64,000 nucleotides of DNA from Gammaproteobacteria bacterium (GTDB taxonomy: Bacteria > Pseudomonadota > Gammaproteobacteria > Eutrophobiales > Eutrophobiaceae), in NCBI GenBank assembly GCA_965222155.1, contig CBDCTH010000012.1, positions 416,001-480,000 on the forward strand, read 5' to 3'. Numbering within the stretch: the first letter of the stretch is position 1; each line of letters opens with the position of its first letter. The position numbers and the translations under genes were made by a program. Under the pieces are notes generated by a model, which was not told where the DNA came from, made no database searches, and saw only the letters and a program-made list of their open reading frames with translations. This document shows, in pieces, positions 30,040 to 40,414 of this stretch.

Positions 30040-30240
30040 CTATGTGGTTTCAAATTCCAGAGAGGACCATTTGATGCTGGAGGAACGCTTGGAAAGATTC
30101 AACATCTCTACGCCTACGAGTTCGTTGGCTTCATTGTAGTCGAGAACAACTCCTGGCGAGACCTCTTCTGATTCGACAATTTTTGAATCATCCAGACGCA
30201 GGTAGAGTGCGTCAGCTTCTTTATCAACGTGCAGTTTCAT
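30040..30240 (-). CDS. DUF2283 family protein (duplicate)
   Basis: Identical protein to 19748-19948. Confidence 0.85.
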   Translation of the reverse strand: MKLHVDKEADALYLRLDDSKIVESEEVSPGVVLDYNEANELVGVEMLNLSKRSSSIKWSSLEFETT

Positions 30241-30388
30241 AATTTTTCTCGCTTGCTTCGGTCAAAGAATACACTTACCACCCGCCAGGGTGCAACTCGG
30301 GTGTTTACTGCTACCCGTAAGGTGCGATCACCATTTTCGGGGATGCGACGGAAAAATCGCTCTACAAACGGATCGTTCGGGTCCGGTG
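30237..30388 (-). pseudogene. DUF4258-like toxin remnant (5' truncated)
   Basis: PDPNDPFVERFFRRIPENGDRTLRVAVN..PWRVVSVFFDR; the N-terminus is replaced by the dispersed element end. Confidence 0.6.
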
Positions 30389-30508
30389 AAAGGGGGTTTA
30401 AGGAGAAATAACAGGCATAAATGGCACATAAACTGAACTGGAACAAATAGTCAGGCAGGTCCGACCCTATCCTGCAAAATATCCTTATATGCCAGGTGTA
30501 GCCTCCTG

Positions 30509-30802
30509 TCAGGCTACTTCAAGTTTTTCGAAATCGTCGAGGTTGATCTTCTGCCGCGCTTCCCATAAATCATAGTTATCCTGCATTGACAACCAGCTTT
30601 CCGGGGACCTGCCGATGACTTTGGACAGCTTGAGCGCCATAGTCGGCGTGATGCTGCTCTTGGCGTTGAGAATCCGGCTGATCACGGATTCACTGACTCG
30701 TAACCTCTCAGCCAGTTCTTTCGCGCCGATGTTAAAGGGTTCCAGGTAGACCCGTTTGATAAACACTCCCGGATGCATGGGATTATGTTGCTCGATACTC
30801 AT
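30509..30802 (-). CDS. higA: HigA antitoxin (duplicate)
   Basis: Identical protein to 20217-20510. Confidence 0.9.
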   Translation of the reverse strand: MSIEQHNPMHPGVFIKRVYLEPFNIGAKELAERLRVSESVISRILNAKSSITPTMALKLSKVIGRSPESWLSMQDNYDLWEARQKINLDDFEKLEVA

Positions 30803-31080
30803 TAGTGATAATCCTCATAATCTACGGCATAGGCGTCGCTGTCCATGAACTCGAATATGATCCGCCAGTTGCCGCTTACGTTAATTGCCCACTGCCCTCT
30901 CTTATCACCCTTGAGTGGGTGCATGCGCCAACCGGGTATATTCATATCCTCGATTGTGAACGCAGTATGCAAGGCCTGTAACCGTTCCTCAATTCGCGCT
31001 TTATGGGTTGACTGAATACCGGCCGTGCTACCCGTGGTGAAGAATTTCTCTAATCCCTTATGCTTAAAGCTCCTGATCAT
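30802..31080 (-). CDS. higB: HigB toxin (duplicate)
   Basis: Identical protein to 20510-20788. Confidence 0.9.
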   Translation of the reverse strand: MIRSFKHKGLEKFFTTGSTAGIQSTHKARIEERLQALHTAFTIEDMNIPGWRMHPLKGDKRGQWAINVSGNWRIIFEFMDSDAYAVDYEDYH

Positions 31081-31574
31081 GACGGCTTGTACTTTACACT
31101 TGCGCAAGTTGGAATTCAAGGATGAATTCGCAGTTAATTCGGGACACCCATAAAAAAGTTAATTCAGGACACCCATAAAATGGGGACAGGCACAAGCCTG
31201 TCTGCAGTACAGGCTCAGACCAGTCCAGCCTGACAGGAACCTACTGATAATAAAGGGAAACTGTCACAAACGACGTGCTGTCCCAGGCTTGAACTGCGAT
31301 TTTCATACGCCGAAACAGGACTTTAACCCGGATTTCTCACCAGATGATGCGATGATCGCGTAGGATCTTTGATGTGCACCTTCCATCTCTCCGGGGACGG
31401 ATTTCAAATCCGTCCCCTTATGCAGTACGGGCGCCCGGCGAAGGATATTTGGGGTCAGAGGATATTTAGGGTCAGAGTAAAAATACAGTCAGTTTGGCAA
31501 GTGGTAGTGGCTTGTTGTTGAGTATTTTTACTCTGACCCCAAACTCTCATGATCAGGGCTTTGCACACCCCGAC

Positions 31575-33345
31575 TGCATGTAACTGAGAAACTCCAAGGA
31601 TGCGGGAGACCCGCATCCCCGGAGTTGGCTAACGCCCCGTTCTGGTGCACTATACGACTGCGGCAGCGGGACCGAGGACGCTTTTATTTCGGTGCCTTTT
31701 GAGCCCGACCCCAAACTGTTCCCGGTCAACGGCTTCGAACCCCGCCCTGTACCCGGCGCCGCCGAGGACGCACAGCAAAATGAACCCCTCCCGCACGGGA
31801 TGCGAGTCAGCTATCCGTTGCCCCCCGCGGCCGCATGTTGTTACACCATCACCACTACTACGGAGGAAGCGTTATGTCACACAGTGTACACACTGATACC
31901 CTGCACGTCATCCATGCCCGCGCCGCGGGCCTTGACGTGCATAAAATGCAGATCACCGCGACCGTGCGTCTGGCGCGGCCCGGCAGCGAGGCCGAGACCC
32001 ACACCCGCAGCTTCAGCGCCCTGCCCAGCGGTCTGGGCGAGTTGACCCGCTGGTTGCTTGGCTACCAGGTCAGCGCCGCGCTGATGGCGGCCACCGGCGT
32101 CTACTGGGAGGGGGTCTTCGATGCGCTCGACGGCGCCGGCATTGAACCGCGCCTGGTGCCTGCCCAGCACGTCAAGCAACTCAAGGGACGCAAGACCGAT
32201 ATCGCCGACAGCGTCTGGCTGGCGCGTATCTGCCAGTTCGGTCTGTGTACGCCCAGTTTCGTGCCGCCGCCGGCGTTCCGCGACCTGCGCAAGGTGTCAC
32301 GCCAACGACGCAAGGTCGTGCGCCTGTGTGCCACCCTGCGCACCCGCACCCATCACATCCTCGACCGCGCCGGCCTGCGGGTGGGCGGCGTGCTCTCGGA
32401 CCTGTTCGGCGCCAATGGCCGGCGCATTCTTGACGGGCTTGCCGCCGGCCGCTCGCGCGAGGACATCCTGGCCGCCCTCTCACGTCATGTCCGGCCCCGG
32501 CTGGCCGACCTGTGCGATGCGCTCAGCACCCAACTCGCCCCACACGCCCGCTTCATCCTCCGGGACCAGTTGGACGCTTTCGAGCAGGCCCGCGCACGGC
32601 GCAACGCCTACGACGCCTTCATCCAAGACCGACTGGCGCCGTACCGCAACCAGATTGACCTGTTGACCACCCTGCCCGGCATCGACCGGGACTCGGCTTG
32701 CGCCATCCTCATCGAACTCGGTCCCGACATCCATGTCTTCCCCTCACACCGGCACTGCGCCGCCTGGGCCGGCCTGTGCCCCGGCAACAACGAAAGCGCC
32801 GGCAAGAAACGCACCGGCACAACCCGCAAGGGCAACACCGTCCTGCGCAGCATCCTCGTCGAGTGCGCCCACGGCGCCGCCCGGACTATCCAGTGCCAGT
32901 GCCAGGGCTACCACAAGGCCCTCACCGTGCGGCGCGGCGACAAGCGGGCGAGCGTCGCCAGCGCCCACAAACTGCTGCGTATCATCTACCGCATGCTCGC
33001 CACCGGCCAGGTCTACCGCGACCCCGACACCGACTACGAGGCGCTCTTGGTCAAGCGCAACGCACCCCGCTGGATAGCCATGTTGAAAAAACACGGCATG
33101 GACCCGGCAACCCGGTCGACAACGACCCAGGCCACCGCCTGACCACGGCGCCGGGCGGCCTGCACTGCCCGGAGAACAGCCGCCGCGCCGTAGCGTAAGC
33201 CTGACCCGGCCGCAGGCCCTAACGCGGGGCAGCCTGCAAGACCATAACGGGCAGCGCTGTAGCGCATCCTTCCCCGCCGGTCAGACCGAACCGGCAGGCT
33301 TGTCGCGCCCTGATGCCTGGGATACACTAAAAGTTACACAGCAAA
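31575..33345 (+). mobile_element. IS110 family element (ends approximate)
   Basis: High-GC block; sub-terminal IR TGTAACT (~31579) and AGTTACA (~33332); long structured non-coding ends. Confidence 0.7.
31874..33142 (+). CDS. IS110 family recombinase/transposase, probably inactive
   Basis: GLDVHK, MAATGVYW (canonical MEATG), GRKTDIADS, LPGI and GLCPGNNESAGK motifs. Confidence 0.9.
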   Translation: MSHSVHTDTLHVIHARAAGLDVHKMQITATVRLARPGSEAETHTRSFSALPSGLGELTRWLLGYQVSAALMAATGVYWEGVFDALDGAGIEPRLVPAQHVKQLKGRKTDIADSVWLARICQFGLCTPSFVPPPAFRDLRKVSRQRRKVVRLCATLRTRTHHILDRAGLRVGGVLSDLFGANGRRILDGLAAGRSREDILAALSRHVRPRLADLCDALSTQLAPHARFILRDQLDAFEQARARRNAYDAFIQDRLAPYRNQIDLLTTLPGIDRDSACAILIELGPDIHVFPSHRHCAAWAGLCPGNNESAGKKRTGTTRKGNTVLRSILVECAHGAARTIQCQCQGYHKALTVRRGDKRASVASAHKLLRIIYRMLATGQVYRDPDTDYEALLVKRNAPRWIAMLKKHGMDPATRSTTTQATA

Positions 33346-33667
33346 TATCCGAGGGCGCATCAAGCGCAGTCTGTAATGGCGACATGGTAAGAACATTGTA
33401 ACTTCTCAATAACCCCGTGCAAACGGTATTTTTCGCTGAACTCCCTGAGTTGCATGCACTACTATGCAGTCTATGGAGTCAGATACGATTATTCAAGGTC
33501 GCAGTGTTACCCCGCAGGCCATCCCTCCCAAGGAAATATGCCCCTTATGGTCAGAGTATGCCCAAATCCGGCATGAATCACTGTATTGACCTCGATTTAG
33601 CGGGAGTGCCTTTGGAAAATACTCTGTCTGTCTTGACAAGCCAACTCACAGGTGGGATAATCCCCCC

Positions 33668-33901
33668 ATGAGTGCGACACGAGCAGATGCCAAGAAACGC
33701 ATCGTCATTCCAGGAGCCAGACCGGGGGATGTCTTCGATATCCAACGACAGGGGAATGAACGATATGTGCTCGTCCGCCTGCAGCGGCCTGATTCAACGC
33801 CAAGGAAGAGCCGCGCAGCGTGTCTTGAGGCGATGGCCCGGTCGCCGCTGCGTTTGACGCTTTCGTGGGAACAACTGCGACAGATCACGCGCGAGCCATG
33901 A
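33668..33901 (+). CDS. Putative AbrB-like antitoxin
   Basis: ADAKKRIVIP..PGDVF; coupled by ATGA to the PIN gene. Confidence 0.65.
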   Translation: MSATRADAKKRIVIPGARPGDVFDIQRQGNERYVLVRLQRPDSTPRKSRAACLEAMARSPLRLTLSWEQLRQITREP

Positions 33902-34314
33902 TGTTTCTCGACACCAACGTCTTGATCTATTCATCAGAGGACGGAGTACAGCACCATGACTGGGCGCGGCGGATCATTGCCGACGCCGTATCTACCGACG
34001 GGGCGGCCATCAATGCCGTCTGTCTTGCCGAGGTCTGTGTTGGTGAGGAAGACCCGGCGACTGTGGCGGACCGTATCCGTGGTTGGGGCGTTGAGATTCT
34101 TGATGTGCCGGTTGCTGCTGCGGAAGTCTGTGCAGCGGCATACCAACAGTACCGGGAACGAAGGTGGCAACAGTCTGGTAAGGACTCGCCACGCACTCCC
34201 TTGCCAGACTTCTTTATCGGAGCTCATGCCCAGATTATGGACTGGGCACTGGCGACAGCGGACATATCCAGAATCAGGACATATTTTCCATCCGTGTCGC
34301 TGATAACACCCTGA
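33898..34314 (+). CDS. VapC/PIN toxin
   Basis: FLDTNVLI, LPDFFIGAHA, LATAD and YFPSV motifs. Confidence 0.9.
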   Translation: MMFLDTNVLIYSSEDGVQHHDWARRIIADAVSTDGAAINAVCLAEVCVGEEDPATVADRIRGWGVEILDVPVAAAEVCAAAYQQYRERRWQQSGKDSPRTPLPDFFIGAHAQIMDWALATADISRIRTYFPSVSLITP

Positions 34315-34333
34315 GCACAGGATGTGACAGGAT

Positions 34334-34471
34334 GGGGTCAGACCAGTTTAATCTGTCACAACTTACTGATAATAAAGATAAATCATCTTTATAAGCAGGC
34401 TATCAAGCGGTTAGACTGTGGTTTTTTATGGGCAAAACAGATGGTTATGTTGGTCCGACTCTGGTTGGGGG
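34334..34471 (+). mobile_element. RAYT-derived miniature element
   Basis: Matches the left ~100 bp and right ~35 bp of the 51684-52050 remnant with the middle deleted. Confidence 0.7.
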
Positions 34472-34484
34472 ACATGAAATCCGG

Positions 34485-34720
34485 ATGCTGACGCTCTATG
34501 ACAAATCGGAACGCTCGACGATTCCCGGTCATACACTCAAACAAATAGCGGATGCCATTAAACATGAAAAAGCGTGATATCGGGGCTGAAATACTTGAAG
34601 GCATTGATGAAATTCAAGCGTACAAGAAGGGCAAGATTAAACTGAAGGCGACTAGGCTTTCTGCGCCGTCAAAGCCAAAAGCCATTCGCTCTAAGTTAGC
34701 TCTGTCACAATCGGCATTTG
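34485..34720 (+). pseudogene. RelE-type toxin tail plus truncated HTH antitoxin
   Basis: ..MLTLYDKSERSTIP..LKQI.. then MKKRDIGAEILEGI..IRSKLALSQSAFA, cut by IS21 sequence. Confidence 0.7.
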
Positions 34721-35492
34721 CCAGCCAGTCGGGGAGTGACTGGGTCCAAGTGGTGTAGTTGGAGGCGCCCAGGACCGCGACAAAGAGCTGGGCCTGGCGC
34801 ACCTCACCGGTCCCTGCATCAATCACCGGCACAGTGGTACCGCTGTAATCGACAAAGCACTTCTCACCGGCCTTGTGAGATTGCCGCAGGGTGCGCCGCT
34901 GTGGGCCGCACCAGTGCCGGTAGCGGTCACAGCACTGGGAGTAGCTGTAACACCGGTTCGGGTAGCTTTGGGTATCCTCTTCCTACAGCAGCCGTTTGGT
35001 TACATGCGGACGGTTCAGTTCCGGGTGCATTGCCGGCCAGTCCGGAACCTGCTGGCGCCGGCGGCTGCCGGTATCGGTGCCGGGCTAGAACAGTGGGGCC
35101 AACCGGGTGTCATCCAGGTCCGCGGGGAGCGGCCAGCCCAGTTGCAGGGCCTGGGCCCGGCTGAGCAGCTTCTGGATGCCGCCGATACTCAGCTTGGTGC
35201 TGCGGCTGATGTCACGGCTGGACAGACCGGCTGCGTGCCGGCGCCGGAGTACGTCTCGTAGTTTACGCATTGTTATCCTCTTGCCTGGCATGGTGGGTGC
35301 CTCCAAAAAAGGAGAGCGCCTGCCAGAGGGTTACAAGTTCAATGCGTTGAGTGTGATTCCGGTTGATTGTGAACGGTGATTCCGGGAGCGTGAACAGTGA
35401 TTCCGAAAATGACCGGGAAAGTGTTCACGTTCAACCGGAACAGGTGTTCACGTTCAACCAGAATGAGTGTTCACGATCAGCCGGATTACGCA
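34721..35492 (-). mobile_element. IS21 family left end and istA fragment
   Basis: Terminus TGCGTAATCCGG with multiple GTGAAC repeats; MPGKRITMRKLR..LGWPLP and GEVRQAQLFVAVLGASNYT, frameshifted. Confidence 0.85.
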
Positions 35493-36205
35493 CCGGCCCA
35501 GGTTGAGTGCACCAGGGTAGTGCGAGGTCCGGTTGATATGAACGGAGGCAAGCCGGCGTATTCGCCACCTTGTTCTGCCAGTTTTGCCAACGTGGCAGCA
35601 GCGACGTCGTTTTCATTGGCGCCTTCGTGTGATGCTGCAAAAGCCGAGTGCATGGCAGCACTGCAAATTTTCCCCGCCTGGCGGGTATAGACCAATTCTT
35701 TTTCTGATTTAATCATCCGTAGCTCCTCTACCAGACCTGAAGCATCGCTAATCGACCCTGAGCGCTGTAGTGCATCAGTCAGTTCAAGGTATTGAGATGA
35801 TGTAATAAACCAGGCGTTCGTTTCCAAACCGATACGTTTATTTTCATAGCCCAATTCACTGATTAAGGCTAACAGGACTGTCACTGGATTATCTGTATCA
35901 CCATATGAGCAAGTCTTACGCTTCCAACTACGGCCCAGGGTGTTAAATGATTCAATCTTGCGGGTAAATACCACAGGATCATGCTCATGGGTGACAACAC
36001 AGGCCTGTAAGTAGTAGTAACCGGGCGTATCGTGGCCGGTTAAGTAATATATATTCTCTGGAGTGAAGGAGATGAACGCATCGAGCTCTTTTTCGTTCAT
36101 GAGCTGATGACAGGCATTCAGTCGTCGCTGGTATTCTCCGTCTGAGAAAGGAAGATCCATGATCAATGGATCTGTCCTGGTTTCAATCAGTGAAGTTTTA
36201 TTCAT
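35493..36205 (-). pseudogene. M24 Xaa-Pro peptidase family protein truncated by IS21
   Basis: PFS..EY..RL, PENIYYLTG, LRMIKS..E and STGPRT..HSTW; C-terminal catalytic half missing. Confidence 0.8.
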
Positions 36206-36382
36206 TAGTATCGTCCGCTAGTTATTGAGTAAGTCCAGCAACGAGATTTTTGCAGTCTGCCTGGATCAGTTCAGGGGGAGAACACCACCACCACCACAAA
36301 GTCTGTTTTCTATCCGGAAAAATGGCATTTATCTCCGGGGCGAGATAATTCCAGGCCAGCTTAATGGAGGAAGAATACAAAG

Positions 36383-36673
36383 TCAGCCCGTTTGAACGCG
36401 CTCCATGCGACTGTAGATTTGCCTGTTCTTTTGTTCCAGTTCCCATAAGTTCAGTTTAGCCTGCATGGCCAGCCAGAACTCGGGCGTGCTACCCAGCACA
36501 CAACTCAGGCGAATGGCCAGATCTTCAGTGACGTCACCACGCTCGTTTACGACTTTCGACATGGTATTGCGCGCAACACCACATCGCTCGGCCAGTGAAC
36601 TGACAGATAATCCGGTTTCAGGCAGGATGACATTTCTAATCAACGCGCCCGGGTGTGAGGGTTTACGGCTCAT
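36383..36673 (-). CDS. HigA family antitoxin
   Basis: PSHPG, DLAIRL and TPEFWLAMQ motifs. Confidence 0.88.
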   Translation of the reverse strand: MSRKPSHPGALIRNVILPETGLSVSSLAERCGVARNTMSKVVNERGDVTEDLAIRLSCVLGSTPEFWLAMQAKLNLWELEQKNRQIYSRMERVQTG

Positions 36674-36835
36674 CAGTGATAATCCTCCAGGTTTACATCG
36701 ACAACATCTTCACCATCCATCTTCCAGGTAATACGCCAGTTGCCAGTAACACGAACGTTGTATTCGCTCTTTCTTGCGCCTTTCAGTTTGTGAAAATACA
36801 GTCCTGCGATATCCATCTCTTCCGCCTTTAAACGC
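36673..36835 (-). pseudogene. HigB toxin, N-terminus missing
   Basis: FHKLKG..VRVTGNWRITW..DVNLEDYH only. Confidence 0.75.
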
Positions 36836-36888
36836 ATGTCTGTTTTTTCCGGCATTTTGATAAAGGTATAACAAATGATAAAAAAAAG

Positions 36889-38190
36889 TTACTGGCCCAA
36901 GATGCCGAAATAGACAAAGGTCACACCGAAAATTCCCATTACCAGAATGCCCAGCAGACTCCAAATTTCTATGATTTTGGAATGCCTGTGTTCCGGGGCT
37001 ACATCCGATGAAAACATGGCACGGTGATTCATATATGCCATCAATGGGCTGGTCAGGAAGGCAACACTGGTAGCAAAGTCAATGAAAGCCCGGAAAGAGC
37101 TTGTAAACAGCATGAGTACCGTAGCCGCACCAACGCACTGAATAATGATCAGGTGTACGTAATATTTGTTTTCGTGTGCGACAGACTTCTCGCTCCGCTG
37201 TATCAGTGTTTCGTTAGTGAGTTCCGTCTTACTATGTTGGTGATGAGTGACTAAAGAGCTGATACAGCGTGGATATGCATCGATAATCGTCAGTAAGGTA
37301 GACAACATCACAATAACAGCTACAGCCGAAATGATGGGATAGGTAAAACTACCGATCGCGGATGTAAAGAGGGAGATCAACTGTGCAGCAAAGCCATTGG
37401 GTGAATCCGCAACCTCAATACCCGGCTGGTACATGAGCACCGTACCTAAAATTAAAAAGCCGAGAGCCAAAATAGCTGTTATTGCATAGCCGAGATTAAA
37501 GTCAAAGCGTGCGTTTGCAGGGGTAAACGCCTTGCCGATATCTTTCGACTTTGCACAAACCCAGAGGGATTGAAATACGGCTACGCCCAGTGGAGAAGGC
37601 ATCCAACCGGTCAGGGCTATAATAAACAGCAGGGTAGCCCGGTCCATCTCTCCGGGAAGCTTTAAAGACGCTCTGCTCCAATCGATATCAGGTATAATCA
37701 GGGTGATGGCCAGGACAAGAATCGCGACCAGTAGCGCGATAAAACCCTTGGAAACCTGTTCGAATAGATGATACCCACCGCCGATAAGCAGCACAGCGCA
37801 TAATACCAGCAGAATCATTACTACCACACCGGGGTTGAGGTCCAGCGACAAGGCACTACCGACCAGACCGGCGGTTACCAGTGCAATGGCGGCAGTAGCT
37901 ACAAATATGTTTACTAACGTGTCAAATCCTAATACCGCAATCGCCCAACGACCTTGGCGGAAGTAGCTGTCAACCAGGCTGAAACCCGACGCGGCGGCGT
38001 ATTCAGAGCCAAAGCGAAATGCCGGGTATTTGACAATACAGGCAATCAAAATAAAGCTGGCCATGGCCAGACCGAAGCTGGCGCCGGCTCGGGTCGATTG
38101 TACCAGATGCGAAGTACCGATGGAGGCAGCGGCAAACAGGATCCCTGGGCCAATCTTGGCTCCCAATGACCTGAGAGTAGATTCATTCAT
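36889..38190 (-). CDS. NRAMP-like (APC superfamily) permease
   Basis: GPGILFAAASIGTSHLVQSTRAGA and GWMP motifs; about 11 TM segments. Confidence 0.8.
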   Translation of the reverse strand: MNESTLRSLGAKIGPGILFAAASIGTSHLVQSTRAGASFGLAMASFILIACIVKYPAFRFGSEYAAASGFSLVDSYFRQGRWAIAVLGFDTLVNIFVATAAIALVTAGLVGSALSLDLNPGVVVMILLVLCAVLLIGGGYHLFEQVSKGFIALLVAILVLAITLIIPDIDWSRASLKLPGEMDRATLLFIIALTGWMPSPLGVAVFQSLWVCAKSKDIGKAFTPANARFDFNLGYAITAILALGFLILGTVLMYQPGIEVADSPNGFAAQLISLFTSAIGSFTYPIISAVAVIVMLSTLLTIIDAYPRCISSLVTHHQHSKTELTNETLIQRSEKSVAHENKYYVHLIIIQCVGAATVLMLFTSSFRAFIDFATSVAFLTSPLMAYMNHRAMFSSDVAPEHRHSKIIEIWSLLGILVMGIFGVTFVYFGILGQ

Positions 38191-38383
38191 AATAATGGGA
38201 CCTTATCATTAGTATTCGATGAAATCTTTTGCTCAGGCATCTCGTCACTAAATCCTTCGTAAATTTTTACTTTCTGTTCTTTATCCATGTCTCTATCTCT
38301 CACTTAATCGAATTATCATCAAACCCGCTAAGTATCGCAGTTGACGTCATTGACATCTGTATGGTTTTTTCTACTATAGTTTA

Positions 38384-39951
38384 GTCGCCCCTGAAAAACT
38401 CAATAAATCGTCCTAACTGATTGATCATATTGATGTAAGTTGTATTTTTTCCTGGACTGATAGTGCCGGTTTTGGTATCATGGACCTTCATTTTCTTGCA
38501 ATATCGGAGATAAAAATGACGCCCAGACAACCTGACGCCGCTACCCGCACCTCAACCGACCTGTTCCGCGAACGCCTGGACACTATGCTCAACCAACGCC
38601 ATGCCTTATATCGCCTGGCCGACCTGGTGGACTGGTCGGTGTTTGATAAGGCATTCGGTGCGCGGTACTGCCCGGACAACGGTTGTCCGGGGAAACCGAC
38701 CCGGTTGAGGGTGGGGTTGCACTATCTGACGCATTGTTATGGGTTATCGGACGAGGCAGTGGTGTCGGGTTGGGTGGAGAATCCGTATTGGCAGTATGTC
38801 TGCGGGGCGGTGTACTTTCAGCATGAGGCGCCGGTAGACCCGAGCAGCCTGACGCGCTGTCGCCAACGCATTGGGGAGTCGGGGTGTGCGCGGATTTTAC
38901 AGGTGACGGTGGCGCTGGGGGTGCAGAGCAAGGCAGTGAAGACGACGGACTTCAAACGGGTGACGGTGGACACCACGGTACAGGAGATAAGCGGTGAGTT
39001 ATCCGACCGACAGCAAGTTGCTGAATCGGTCCCGGGTGCGGTGGGTACGGTTATGTCACAAACAGGGGGTGGTGTTACGCCAGAGCACTGCCCGCAAGGG
39101 GCCGCGGGCGTTACAACAGGCGAACCGCTACGGTCATGCCAAACAGTATCGGCGGCTGCGGCGCGAGGTGAAGCGGTTACGCACGTACCTGGGCCGGGTG
39201 GTGCGTGACAGTGAGCGTAACACCGCTGGCAATCCGGCACAGCAGCGTATCTTTGCCGATGAATTGGCCTTAGCCAAGCGACTGCTGGCGCAGCAGAAAC
39301 AGGATAAACACAAGCTGTACAGCCTGCATGCCCCGGCGGTGGAATGTATCAGTAAAGGGAAGGCGCACAAGCGGTATGAATTCGGGGTGAAGGCGAGTAT
39401 TGCCACCACGAACAAGAGTAACTTCGTGGTGGGGGGTATGGCCTTGCCGGGCAGTCCGTATGACGGGCACACCTTGAAGGAAGCCCTGGCACAGGTGCGG
39501 CGCTTGACCGGGACGAGTATTGATGAGGCGTTTGTGGACAGGGGCTATCGGGGGCATGATGAAACGGCGAGTACGGTGTATATCTCCGGGCAGAAGCGCG
39601 GCATTAAAACCCAACGATTGAAACGGTCGCTCAAGCGCCGCCAGGCAATTGAACCGGTGATCGGTCATTTGAAAGCCGACGGGCTGTTAGGGCGCAATCA
39701 CCTGAAAGGGACACAAGGCGACCAATTAAATGTCCTGTTGAGTTGTGCCGGCCACAACCTGCGCCTGATCCTGAGACGGCTCAGGTTTTTTTGTCTCGAA
39801 AAAAGGATACTTATACTGGCTTGGCTCCGCGTGTTGGTGCCCGCAGCGCGTCTGTCAGGCGTCGGCACACAGTTGAACCGAAAGCTGGCTGGTCTGGCTC
39901 CGCTACCGGTACCCATAATGGCAGCTTGAAACCGGGTTTTTCAGGATCGAC
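38384..39951 (+). mobile_element. IS5 family element, frameshifted (copy 2)
   Basis: Paralog of 25224-26791; flanked by direct repeat TAGTTTA. Confidence 0.9.
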
Positions 39952-40414
39952 TAGTTTAGTGCTTTCTGCCTTGCTTCCTACACCATTTCCGGAAGCATAG
40001 TTGGTGCATAGACATGTGTTAGGTATTCTAGAATATTGCCGACAAAAAACATAAAATAACATCCAAATCAGTGACCTGCCCCCGACGACGCGCCCGATGT
40101 TTGAGTTAGAGTTCGGGTTCAATGTATAACGTCTTGACCTTCAGTTGGCTCAACCAGTCACGTAAGACATGGGCCTGGAACGAGCGCCCTGGATGACAGC
40201 CTGCCGGGAAATATTATCACCTGCGCCTGCATCCGTTTTCCTGCGCGAAATGACCCGCAAAAAGTATGATATTGCCGCTCATGACTTATTGGATGATATA
40301 TTTGATATCGTTGAATTGGGCAAATATAAAATGCTGATAATCAGTGCAGATGAGTTTCTTCGCTACCTGATATAACTCTTTTTTCTCACCCGTAGAGTCC
40401 CAAAATTAAGCAAA

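Larger units (their letters stand above)
29987..31129 (+). repeat. ~1.14-kb direct duplication of 19695-20837
   Basis: Nearly identical, with a few SNPs and 1-bp indels; starts exactly at the att core. Confidence 0.92.

Noticed and set aside
35350-35492. GTGAAC/GTTCAC repeats as iterons or a novel array
   Set aside because: Explained by the multiple terminal repeats typical of IS21-family ends.
40169-40375. ORF next to the last att core as an integrase remnant
   Set aside because: No R..H-x-x-R..Y motif. The tail looks more like a PIN-domain end, but is too weak to call.
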